In this document: piece by piece, positions 18,515 to 26,290 of the stretch
Position numbering within the stretch: the first letter of the stretch is position 1
How the letters are laid out: every line of letters starts with the position of its first letter
Virus record (IMG/VR): IMGVR_UViG_3300009034_000015
Coordinates: 1-64,000 of that record
Origin: a virus
Reading direction: 5' to 3' (one strand)
Length of the DNA: 64,000 nucleotides
Translations under genes and position numbers: made by a program
Notes under the pieces: model-generated
What the model was told of the DNA's origin: nothing
What the model saw: only the letters and a program-made list of their open reading frames with translations
Databases searched by the model: none

Positions 18515-20329
18515 TTAAATTAATCTAAACTGCCTTATTAAAGCAAGCAAATCTCTTAATAACTGGTCTTGCTTATCAATACTAATCTTTAGCACCGGAA
18601 ACTTAAACCAGTCAACAAAAGTATTTAGTTCAATCCTATTAGTTTGTTTATACCAAATATTATTACTATAAGCATCATCATAAGCATCTTCAGGCACAGC
18701 AAAAATAACTTGACAACGATTTCTACTTGCTTTAATAATTAAGTCCTTAAAAGACTTATTGGCATTAATAGCACAGTTCTCACCAAGATCAGTAAAGACA
18801 ATCATAATAGATTTTAAATAGCCCTCTACCTTTAATTGATTTAAAAGAAAATGAGTAGAATATAAAATTGGAGTAATACCGATATGAGGTATTTCATCCC
18901 CTCTTATTATATCTACTGAACAGCGTGAACCAATAACATGCTTACCAGTAGTAAACCACACTTGGTCAAAATCAATTAAGCCCTTAAAGGTCTCAGAAAG
19001 GATAGCATAAATTCTTTTTTCTAAATCAAAATAACTAGTCATAGAACCAGAAATATCTCCAGAAAAAATAACTTTAGCTCCCTTTTCTAATTGAGGCAAT
19101 TTAAAAACCCTTACAGAAAATTCGTGCTTAGATTTAATATACTGTTGAATATCTATTAAATTTCCAGTAATATCTAAGTTAGTTTTTAATTTCTGTCTTA
19201 AAACAAGGGCTTTTCTAAGTTTCTTTGCCAGTTCCTTATCTTCAACACTTTCGCATTTAGGAACAGTTTTTTTACCTTTTTCAGTAATAGAAACTTCTTT
19301 TTTATTTAAACCTTGTTTAAGATCAGATTCAACTTTTTCCTTAGCAGAAAATTTCTGCATTAAATCCTTAGCACCTTGAACCAATGATGATAGTTCAGCT
19401 ACCTCATCCTGCTCTTCAAAGTCCATTCCATCTGTTATGCTTTCCTCTAAGTCAGTTTGCATTAGGTTAGAAAAAGAATCCTCATTATCATAAGAATCAA
19501 ACTCTTTGCTTTCATTCTCAGAATCTGAATCTTCCTTTTCTTTAGGCTGCTCAGTAGCATCCTGTTCTTGCTCTTTTTCTTTATGCTGATCAGAATTATT
19601 TTGTCCTTGCTCATCCTCTTGATCTTCAGAACCTGAACCTTCTTGCTGACTATTATCATAAGGCTCATCTAAATCCTCATCAACATCCTGGCTTTGCTCA
19701 TCCTTACTTTCTTGGCTTTCTCCTTGTTGTTTATTTTGGTTTTCTTCTTCTTGCTGCCTTTTTTGTTTAGCTTCATTTATTTCCTCATTATAGAGTTTAT
19801 AAACTTGCTCACCAAGTTCTACCACTCTTTTATTTGAAATAAACTTACTTTCAAACTCAGTTCTTATTTCTCCTAACTTTTCATTTAGTTTAGGAAAAGA
19901 ACTTTGACCAATAAAAGCATCAAGAACCCAGTCAGGATAAAAAGAAATAATAGGTTTATAATACCTATTTGTTTTTCTTTTTTTCCTTTTACCAATTAAA
20001 TCCAAATAAAACCAAGGAACAATTCGCCCTGCCATAGTATAACTTCTAAGGTCAAATAAACCATTAGTAATAGCTCGTTGATAATGCTCAACAATCTGAT
20101 TATTAATTATAGATTCTTTAACTTTATCTAAGCCAAAAGTTTTTGACCAATAATCAGCTTCTGCTATTAAATAGTTATGATAACCTGAAGCTTTATTACT
20201 AACAGGCTTGCTACCTAACCTTGCTCCTCTTAGAGCTAATGCTATCGCATTCCAGATTTCATTTGACTTATTAAGACTATCTGCCGTCCACCGATCTTTC
20301 TTCTTAGTCTTCTTCATAACTACCTCCAT
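18515..20329 (-). CDS. VWA (MIDAS) domain protein, CobT/NorD-like
   Basis: DISGSM MIDAS motif, ITP, VFTD; central acidic/Gln-rich linker; paired with a MoxR ATPase. Confidence 0.82.
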   Translation of the reverse strand: MEVVMKKTKKKDRWTADSLNKSNEIWNAIALALRGARLGSKPVSNKASGYHNYLIAEADYWSKTFGLDKVKESIINNQIVEHYQRAITNGLFDLRSYTMAGRIVPWFYLDLIGKRKKRKTNRYYKPIISFYPDWVLDAFIGQSSFPKLNEKLGEIRTEFESKFISNKRVVELGEQVYKLYNEEINEAKQKRQQEEENQNKQQGESQESKDEQSQDVDEDLDEPYDNSQQEGSGSEDQEDEQGQNNSDQHKEKEQEQDATEQPKEKEDSDSENESKEFDSYDNEDSFSNLMQTDLEESITDGMDFEEQDEVAELSSLVQGAKDLMQKFSAKEKVESDLKQGLNKKEVSITEKGKKTVPKCESVEDKELAKKLRKALVLRQKLKTNLDITGNLIDIQQYIKSKHEFSVRVFKLPQLEKGAKVIFSGDISGSMTSYFDLEKRIYAILSETFKGLIDFDQVWFTTGKHVIGSRCSVDIIRGDEIPHIGITPILYSTHFLLNQLKVEGYLKSIMIVFTDLGENCAINANKSFKDLIIKASRNRCQVIFAVPEDAYDDAYSNNIWYKQTNRIELNTFVDWFKFPVLKISIDKQDQLLRDLLALIRQFRLI

Positions 20330-20337
20330 TATAATAG

Positions 20338-20389
20338 TTAATCCCTCAAAGAATCCCTTTATTTCTAAAGGGAAACTTTCAAGAATTAA
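20338..20389 (-). repeat. Conserved intergenic hairpin, copy 2
   Basis: TTAATCCCTCAA...TTCAAGAATTAA. Confidence 0.9.
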
Positions 20390-20505
20390 GTTAGATTCTT
20401 CTTTATCTTTCTTTCTATGCCTTCCTTAATTATTGAATAAGCTAACCACATGCCTATTAATAATCCACTAAGAAAAGCAACTATATGAGATAAATAAAAA
20501 GCCAT
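20386..20505 (-). CDS. Small membrane protein (39 aa, not in ORF track)
   Basis: GGGAGG RBS; MAFYLSHIVAFLSGLLIGMW...; stop lies in the hairpin's terminal TTAA. Confidence 0.65.
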   Translation of the reverse strand: MAFYLSHIVAFLSGLLIGMWLAYSIIKEGIERKIKKNLT

Positions 20506-20532
20506 TAATACCTCCCTTTCTAAATATCAATT

Positions 20533-20700
20533 TTAATTGCTTTCATACCAATCAAGAAGAGTCTCTATCTCGGTTACAATTAAATTTAAATTAGCCAGTT
20601 CATCTTCTTGCCAATTTTCAATTTGACGATAACGCAAATTTTCAGGCTTGAGTTTTTGCATTGCCTTTCTTAATTTAGAAAATTGATTTTGATTTGCCAT
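20533..20700 (-). CDS. Hypothetical protein (55 aa, not in ORF track)
   Basis: GGGAGGT RBS; MANQNQFSKLEKAMQ... Confidence 0.65.
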   Translation of the reverse strand: MANQNQFSKLRKAMQKLKPENLRYRQIENWQEDELANLNLIVTEIETLLDWYESN

Positions 20701-20717
20701 CTAAATTACCTCCCTTT

Positions 20718-21518
20718 TTAAATATCAATACCAAAAGTTCCTCTTACTCTTTCAGCATAGGTTTGATAATCCTCATTCTCAAACTTACCAGCAGTTAATT
20801 TGAGAACCTCTTCGATAGTAAAACCATTTAAGGTTGCCTTACCCATTTCAACTAAATCCCTTGTTGATAGAGCATAACTAAAACCAGTAGTCCTTGTCTG
20901 AACTGCAAGGTTAACAAGGGCAGAAACTAAATTCTGATCCTCTAAACCAATTTTCTGGAGTATCTTAATCTCTTTTTTAGCAGAAGGATAGTCCATATTA
21001 ATAATCCAGAACCTTGATTTAAGGTCTTCATTTAGTTCAAATGCTCCACCATAAACACTTGGATTCTGAGTTCCTACTACTATCATCGGATCTTGGTATT
21101 CATAGCGCTTACCTATTTCCTTTACTGTGATTCCTTGTTTAAGGTCGAGTAAAGAGTTAAGCATCTTTTGACTACCTGGAGGTAAAGCATTTAATTCCTC
21201 TAAAAGAAGAATAAACTTTTCACCCCTATTCTGATACTTAATAGCAGTAGGTAAAATCCCAAGTGAGAAATAGCCTTCAGAACCATCAAGTCCATAATGA
21301 CCAATTAGCTGAGCATATCTAGTTTCCTCTGAGCATTCAGCAATTAATAGTTTATACTTATTCTTTCTTGCATAAGAATAAACCATTAGGGTTTTACCAA
21401 TTCCTTTTGGGCCATTTAAGATAACATGGCTTAACTTGGCAAAATCAAGTTTTTTGCCAACATAAGGAATTGAACCTCTTAATTTAGGTTTTACCAGTTT
21501 CTCATAAACCTTTTTCAT
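20718..21518 (-). CDS. MoxR/CbbQ/NorQ-type AAA+ ATPase
   Basis: GPKGIGKT, LLLEELN, TQNP..YGG..LNEDLKSRF, LSTRDL. Confidence 0.9.
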   Translation of the reverse strand: MKKVYEKLVKPKLRGSIPYVGKKLDFAKLSHVILNGPKGIGKTLMVYSYARKNKYKLLIAECSEETRYAQLIGHYGLDGSEGYFSLGILPTAIKYQNRGEKFILLLEELNALPPGSQKMLNSLLDLKQGITVKEIGKRYEYQDPMIVVGTQNPSVYGGAFELNEDLKSRFWIINMDYPSAKKEIKILQKIGLEDQNLVSALVNLAVQTRTTGFSYALSTRDLVEMGKATLNGFTIEEVLKLTAGKFENEDYQTYAERVRGTFGIDI

Positions 21519-21545
21519 AAATCACCTCCATATTAAAAAAGTTTT

Positions 21546-21598
21546 TTAATCCCTCAAGGAATACCTGGAATTAATCCAGGTAAACCCTCAAGGATTAA
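21546..21598 (-). repeat. Conserved intergenic hairpin, copy 3
   Basis: TTAATCCCTCAA...CTCAAGGATTAA. Confidence 0.9.
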
Positions 21599-21837
21599 TG
21601 CCCTAAAAGCTTATTAACCCTCTCAACCGTTCGGATAAGTTTCCGAATAGCCTTTCGATGCTGAGTAGATTTTACATACTTAGCACCCTTAATAGCAATC
21701 TTAGCAATAGCCAAGGACTCAGTAAGAGTTAAAGGCTTTTTAATTCCTTTAACTTTTCTTTCTGTCCTTTTTAACTGCTTTTTCTGCTTTTTTGGCCTTC
21801 CCGGTTTTCTTTTCTTTTCCTTTGCTTTCTTTTTCAT
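21595..21837 (-). CDS. Small basic protein with AT-hook-like motif
   Basis: RKPGRPKK; AAGGAG RBS; stop lies in the hairpin end. Confidence 0.65.
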   Translation of the reverse strand: MKKKAKEKKRKPGRPKKQKKQLKRTERKVKGIKKPLTLTESLAIAKIAIKGAKYVKSTQHRKAIRKLIRTVERVNKLLGH

Positions 21838-22066
21838 CTACACTCTCCTTTCTTTTAGCGAGTTTTTCTGCTAGCTCTCTTAAATGGTTCTTCTTCTTTT
21901 CATCTTGCTCTTTTTCCCTTTTAGCCTTAATCCATTTTAAAAGAGCTTCTTTAGACCAGATGACTAGCCTATTATCCTTTATTCTCTGGACAACAACTTC
22001 TTCTGAAGTTTGATAGACTATTTCAGCTGGTCCACTTCGAAAGTAAACTTTCCAGCCAATTACCAT
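21749..22066 (-). CDS. Hypothetical protein
   Basis: AGGAGGTG RBS; 3' end overlaps the next gene. Confidence 0.65.
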   Translation of the reverse strand: MVIGWKVYFRSGPAEIVYQTSEEVVVQRIKDNRLVIWSKEALLKWIKAKREKEQDEKKKNHLRELAEKLAKRKESVDEKESKGKEKKTGKAKKAEKAVKKDRKKS

Positions 22067-22393
22067 TTACACCTCCTTTCTTCCTTCTTTAAGGCCAATC
22101 GAAACTTCACTACCATCTACAGCAGTTCCACAGACCATTAAAGGTTTCTTTGGTTTAAGAATCTTTCCATTTTTCAGAACAAGATAACTAAATTTTGGGG
22201 ATCTCTTTTTCATTAATTCCTTACCCTTTGGAGTATTACCTATAATAACACACCTTAAAGAAGAATTAATTCTAAGAGATTCTAACTTTTCTTTTGCTTG
22301 CTTGATAGTTTCAGTATTAAAACAAAAGAACATTTTAGGATCATCCCCTTTAGGTATCTGCGTCTGAAACCTATCCTTTTTCTTAAAACCCAT
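22067..22393 (-). CDS. Hypothetical protein
   Basis: AGGAGGTG RBS, 108 aa. Confidence 0.7.
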   Translation of the reverse strand: MGFKKKDRFQTQIPKGDDPKMFFCFNTETIKQAKEKLESLRINSSLRCVIIGNTPKGKELMKKRSPKFSYLVLKNGKILKPKKPLMVCGTAVDGSEVSIGLKEGRKEV

Positions 22394-22735
22394 TTACACC
22401 TCCTTTCTTTTTCTACACTTCTTGCATCGTTTATAAAGATCACTAAAGGATTTTTTTAAATCAACTTTAGTATTCTTTTCGGTATTATCTAAATTTAATA
22501 AAATATCTCTACTATATTTTATATAAGCATTATGATTCAGATTACGCTTCTTCATTTCCTTAGCTAACAAATCATGACGATCCCAAATAGCTAAGGGTTC
22601 TACAAATTGCTGTAAGGCAAGTTTGCCTAATTTTCTTCCTTTTGCAATATGACCAGCAAGTTTATGCAATTCATAATGTTCACCTAATAAATGCTGATTA
22701 CATAATAAGGAAGGTTTTAGCATCCACATCCTCAT
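22394..22735 (-). CDS. denV: Pyrimidine-dimer DNA glycosylase / endonuclease V family
   Basis: MRMWM..P..LCNQHLLGEHYELH and RHDLLAKEMKKR..NH. Confidence 0.8.
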   Translation of the reverse strand: MRMWMLKPSLLCNQHLLGEHYELHKLAGHIAKGRKLGKLALQQFVEPLAIWDRHDLLAKEMKKRNLNHNAYIKYSRDILLNLDNTEKNTKVDLKKSFSDLYKRCKKCRKRKEV

Positions 22736-22764
22736 TAGTTACCTCTCTTTTTAAATTAATAAAT

Positions 22765-22815
22765 TTAACTCCTCAATAAAGCCCTTTAAAATAAAGGGCT
22801 AAGTTCAAAAGTTAA
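22765..22815 (-). repeat. Conserved intergenic hairpin, copy 4
   Basis: TTAACTCCTCAA...TTCAAAAGTTAA, with compensatory changes in the outer stem. Confidence 0.88.
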
Positions 22816-22818
22816 ATT

Positions 22819-23034
22819 TTATTCATGCTGCTCATCATCTTCTTTTTCTTCTAATTCTAATTCATGGCATTTACTAAAAGTTTCAATTTGAGCTTGAATA
22901 GAATAAAATAACTTTTCAACTTCTCTTATTGTTAAATTTACACCATGAATTGAACGCCCAATCATTCTTCCCTCAAATCCAGTAACTTTGCTAATCTCAA
23001 TGTTAAAAACCCCTCTTTCTTTTTCATCTATCAT
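22819..23034 (-). CDS. Hypothetical protein
   Basis: GGGAGG RBS; lies between two hairpins. Confidence 0.7.
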   Translation of the reverse strand: MIDEKERGVFNIEISKVTGFEGRMIGRSIHGVNLTIREVEKLFYSIQAQIETFSKCHELELEEKEDDEQHE

Positions 23035-23062
23035 CTTAACCTCCCTATTTAAAGTTAATAAA

Positions 23063-23115
23063 TTAATCCCTCAATAATCCCCTTAAATAAATTAAGGGGA
23101 AAGTTCAAGGATTAA
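23063..23115 (-). repeat. Conserved intergenic hairpin, copy 5
   Basis: 23048..23107 is identical to 24007..24066 (60 bp). Confidence 0.92.
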
Positions 23116-23285
23116 TAAGCTAAAAGATCTAATCTCTTTTTTATTTCCGCCTTTTCCTCTTTGCAAACTTCACGAAGATCACAATACTTACAAAATTTAT
23201 GCTTAATTTTCTTTGGATTTTTATTCCTTAAATGAGAAATTAAGCAACCAAAAGCATTTTCTTGTTTAGAAGTTCTTAAAGCCAT
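23112..23285 (-). CDS. Small Cys-containing protein (57 aa, not in ORF track)
   Basis: AGGAGGAG RBS; MALRTSKQ...C...CKYC.....C; stop in hairpin end. Confidence 0.7.
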   Translation of the reverse strand: MALRTSKQENAFGCLISHLRNKNPKKIKHKFCKYCDLREVCKEEKAEIKKRLDLLAY

Positions 23286-23313
23286 TTTACTCCTCCTTTT
23301 CTAAATTAATAAA

Positions 23314-23370
23314 TTAATACCTCAAGGAATTACCCTAATTAAAAATTAGGATAAAACCTTCAAACATTAA
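23314..23370 (-). repeat. Conserved intergenic hairpin, copy 6
   Basis: TTAATACCTCAA...TTCAAACATTAA. Confidence 0.85.
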
Positions 23371-23462
23371 TTCCTTTTAGCTACCTTAGCTAGAGTTAAT
23401 TCTAACTTATTAACTCTGCATTTTAAAAGCCAGATAGCTCTTTGAATTTTTATTAAAGTCAT
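23367..23462 (-). CDS. Micro-protein (31 aa)
   Basis: AAGGAG RBS; MTLIKIQRAIWLLKCRVNKLE...; stop in hairpin end. Confidence 0.55.
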   Translation of the reverse strand: MTLIKIQRAIWLLKCRVNKLELTLAKVAKRN

Positions 23463-23475
23463 AGCCAGTCTCCTT

Positions 23476-23574
23476 TTACTTCTTAATTAGCTTTATAGTT
23501 TCTAAGTTAAAAACTAAAGCAATCTTCTGAAGAGTTGACTTCCTTCGCCTTCTAACTTTAATAATCCTTTTCAT
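23476..23574 (-). CDS. Basic micro-protein (32 aa)
   Basis: GGGAGG RBS; MKRIIKVRRRRKST... Confidence 0.55.
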   Translation of the reverse strand: MKRIIKVRRRRKSTLQKIALVFNLETIKLIKK

Positions 23575-23595
23575 TTTAAACCTCCCTTCAATTAG

Positions 23596-23647
23596 TTAAT
23601 CCCTCAATAAAGCTCTCCAATTAAGGAGAGCTAAGTTCAAGGATTAA
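23596..23647 (-). repeat. Conserved intergenic hairpin, copy 7
   Basis: TTAATCCCTCAA...TTCAAGGATTAA. Confidence 0.92.
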
Positions 23648-23991
23648 ATCTTTTTCATCCTTTCTTGCAATGCTGCCAGTTGTTTTTCCCTAAATTCATT
23701 ATAAGCTTGCTCAGTTACAATTCGGGTTCCACCATGACCTTTATCAATAGTCGAGATCATAATTGGAAAAATAATATAAGGTTTTCTTTCTGCCTCGGCA
23801 TCTGGAGTTATTTCAACCTGGTCTGCAAATCCTTCAGTTTTAATAATCTTTGTTACTACGCCCCAATGCTCTGGATTTGCCATATCCCCTCGGTTATAAA
23901 CTCTAAGACCAATTTCAATCTCTTCTGTTTTCATCCCTGCTTTTCTACTTATCGCCTTGGATTCTTCAAAGCATATTTCTTTTAGCCTCAT
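23644..23991 (-). CDS. Hypothetical protein
   Basis: GGAGG RBS; stop in hairpin end. Confidence 0.75.
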   Translation of the reverse strand: MRLKEICFEESKAISRKAGMKTEEIEIGLRVYNRGDMANPEHWGVVTKIIKTEGFADQVEITPDAEAERKPYIIFPIMISTIDKGHGGTRIVTEQAYNEFREKQLAALQERMKKI

Positions 23992-24021
23992 TTTAAACCT
24001 CCATAGTTTAAAGTTAATAAA

Positions 24022-24074
24022 TTAATCCCTCAATAATCCCCTTAAATAAATTAAGGGGAAAGTTCAGAAATTAA
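24022..24074 (-). repeat. Conserved intergenic hairpin, copy 8
   Basis: TTAATCCCTCAA...TTCAGAAATTAA. Confidence 0.92.
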
Positions 24075-24244
24075 TAACAGCCACTTAAAGTTCTCATATT
24101 ATTATGATTAGCCTTAACTATTTTAGCATGCCTAATACAAAGATCTTCATAAATTTTATGATTTGGAAAGACTTTTACACTTCTCACATTTTTTCTTAGC
24201 TTACCACAAATATCACATTTTTTCATTTTTACTTTAGTCTTCAT
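24071..24244 (-). CDS. Small Zn-finger-like protein (57 aa, not in ORF track)
   Basis: AAGGAG RBS; CDIC...CIRH; stop in hairpin end. Confidence 0.7.
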   Translation of the reverse strand: MKTKVKMKKCDICGKLRKNVRSVKVFPNHKIYEDLCIRHAKIVKANHNNMRTLSGCY

Positions 24245-24267
24245 TTTATTCTCCTTTTAAATAGTTA

Positions 24268-24324
24268 TTAAAAACTCAGTTAAGCCCACTTTAAATAAAT
24301 AAAATGGACTTAATGAGGTTTTAA
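24268..24324 (-). repeat. Long hairpin of similar size but different type
   Basis: TTAA-bounded ~25-bp imperfect stem, G-U pairs on the minus strand, no G.G mismatch. Confidence 0.65.
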
Positions 24325-24350
24325 AAGAATAAACTCAGATTTACTCTTTT

Positions 24351-24714
24351 GGAGGTAATGGAGGTTATATTGTTCTTTACTTTAAATTATAGCCCACTTA
24401 TCTTTTTGGTTTCACTCTATCCACCCTCAAAGCTTTTATGGTAACTCCCGGTTAAAAACCTATGTTTACCACTAATAACTTCCCAGCTCCCGAATCCAAC
24501 CTCAGTTAATTCCTTGCTCTTTATTTCTTTTTAATTACCATCGCTAGAATAGCTAAGAAATAAAGCCAAGATAAGTTTCTTAAAATCTATTTTAAGAACC
24601 CTAGAGTGATTAAGCTTTTATAGCCCTTTAACTTACCGCCAGCTTTAATGTTGCCGAGGTAGCAATAACCTCAGAATTAAAGCTCTCCTTCAGGCTATAA
24701 TGATAACCTACTCC
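24351..24714 (-). ncRNA. Putative large structured RNA / 5' leader
   Basis: Seven mutually nested helices found by eye in a GC-enriched, gene-poor segment downstream of a promoter. Confidence 0.55.
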
Positions 24715-24796
24715 GTTATGTAAAAGAACTAATAGAAGTATTATAAAAAAGCTCTTAATTTCTTTTTTAATTTCCCTCATCATACTTTAATATATA

Positions 24797-24813
24797 AGCT
24801 AAAACTGTGCCAA
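24797..24813 (-). promoter_or_regulatory. sigma54 (RpoN)-type -24/-12 promoter
   Basis: TTGGCACAGTTTTAGCT: GG-N10-GC with a perfect TGGCAC; one mismatch in TTGC. Confidence 0.7.
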
Positions 24814-24910
24814 AATTAGGATAAATAGGCAAAAACTCGTTTTAAGGCTATTTTATAAGGGATAATAGGGTTTTACTATAAGTTATTTTTATAATATCTG
24901 ATTACAAAAA

Positions 24911-25011
24911 TAGGTAATATTTACCTAATTTAAGCCTAAATTGTCAGTAGTTCTATAAACCCTTTATTTCATTAGGTTTTTTATGATTTTAAATTAGGTA
25001 AAAATTACCTA
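24911..25011. promoter_or_regulatory. Pair of palindromic sites (AGGTAA-N3-TTACCT) forming a 23-bp inverted repeat
   Basis: 24911..24933 versus 24989..25011: one mismatch in 23 bp; each copy is itself palindromic. Confidence 0.65.
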
Positions 25012-25280
25012 TAAATTACAAAAAGTAATAGCCTTTTTCCTTAAAACACAGTTTATTAACTTTTAAGCCCCTTAAAATAATCAAAAATAATTAAAAAAAC
25101 TTTAATCTACCTTATCACAATTATATAATTATACTTAATTATATTATAATTATATTTAATTAAATATAATAAGCTCCATAGATAGCTTATAAGGGCTTTT
25201 AGGCTATTAAGCCTTAACTTAACCTTTAATTTTAAAACTTAGCTATATCCCTACCTATCCTGGTTAGTAATTAGATAATA

Positions 25281-25316
25281 AAAAAGCCCTAATATAAACT
25301 AATTATTAGGGCTTTT
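25281..25316 (-). terminator. Intrinsic terminator
   Basis: AAAAGCCCTAATA/TATTAGGGCTTTT stem with U tract at the end of the replication operon. Confidence 0.8.
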
Positions 25317-25338
25317 AAAAAGTAGGTTTAAGGTTTAT

Positions 25339-25944
25339 TTATTCTATTTTCTTTTTCCTTGCTGCTTTAACTAACTTTTGGATTATATCCTTATCTTTAC
25401 CTTTATAAACTGCTTCATAACTTTTAGGGTTTTTAATCTTCTTTACCCCTGGTAGTTTTATATAATGCCTAAACTTTATTTTACCATCTGGTTTAAGGCA
25501 AATAATATTCTTAGTTTCCTTTTTGTTTTTAAAAACTATATTATCATTTTCTTTTACTGTGTATTTTCTACCTTTCAATAATCTTTTTATAAAACTTAAA
25601 AAAGGAAACTTTTGTTCTAATTCTGCTTCTACTTTTAACTGCTCTTCGGTTAAATCTTGCAAACCCTTTTCTATCTCTTCAACAGTTTTGTCAGTTAGCT
25701 CTTTTTCCTCTGCGAATATAGCTCCACAATAAGGGCAATAATCTAAGTCTGGTATATCAAACTTGCAATTAGCACATCTAAAATAAAAAGAACCATATTT
25801 TTTAATAAGTTCTTTTTCTACTCTTTCAATACCATCTTCTAAGCCATGCCCTTTTAACTGGATTTTTATATAAGAAACTCCAGTTAATTTAGAAAGTCCT
25901 ACCTTTAACGATTCTACTGTAAGCTTGCCCCTATCTGGCTCCAT
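25339..25944 (-). CDS. Hypothetical Zn-ribbon protein
   Basis: CANC...CPYCG. Confidence 0.7.
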   Translation of the reverse strand: MEPDRGKLTVESLKVGLSKLTGVSYIKIQLKGHGLEDGIERVEKELIKKYGSFYFRCANCKFDIPDLDYCPYCGAIFAEEKELTDKTVEEIEKGLQDLTEEQLKVEAELEQKFPFLSFIKRLLKGRKYTVKENDNIVFKNKKETKNIICLKPDGKIKFRHYIKLPGVKKIKNPKSYEAVYKGKDKDIIQKLVKAARKKKIE

Positions 25945-26276
25945 TTCTTTTCTCCTTTCCTTTTTATTGGTTTAATTAACTTTTCGACTTCAATATAATT
26001 TTTAAGAAAATCAGGAAAATTATTTATATTTACTTCTCTTGGCTTAATTAAAAATTGACATCTTAAATTTTTTAAATTAGTTCCAAAAGATTTAGGGCAA
26101 TAAAGACATTTCTCAGGTAATTTTTCTGCCTTTCTACAAATAGAAATAATTAAATCAATTAAGAAAAATAATCTTTGTTTCTTAATTCTTAATCCAGAAA
26201 TCATACCAATCGATCCATCCCTTGGAACTATAAAAGGTTCTTTTCTTTTAGATTCTATAAATTCAAGTATATCCAT
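25914..26276 (-). CDS. Hypothetical protein
   Basis: 120-aa ORF with RBS and four Cys. Confidence 0.6.
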   Translation of the reverse strand: MDILEFIESKRKEPFIVPRDGSIGMISGLRIKKQRLFFLIDLIISICRKAEKLPEKCLYCPKSFGTNLKNLRCQFLIKPREVNINNFPDFLKNYIEVEKLIKPIKRKGEKKWSQIGASLQ

Positions 26277-26290
26277 TAGTTACTCCTTTC

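Noticed and set aside
20718-21518. AAA+ ATPase as the sigma54 enhancer-binding protein
   Set aside because: Motifs are MoxR/CbbQ-type; no GAFTGA loop or HTH
18457-24074. Hairpin array as a CRISPR array or integron attC cassette array
   Set aside because: Spacers are whole genes of variable length; there is no RYYYAAC/GTTRRRY core, mismatches are symmetric rather than extrahelical, and no cas1 or tyrosine integrase is in the window
24628-24783. 51-codon ORF (MMREIKKEIKSFFII...) just after the sigma54 promoter
   Set aside because: No RBS, and it overlaps the predicted RNA helices; a leaderless peptide cannot be excluded but is unsupported
25100-25172. A/T-only palindromic tract as replication origin
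   Set aside because: Plausible unwinding element, but not distinguishable from background in such an AT-rich genome without skew data
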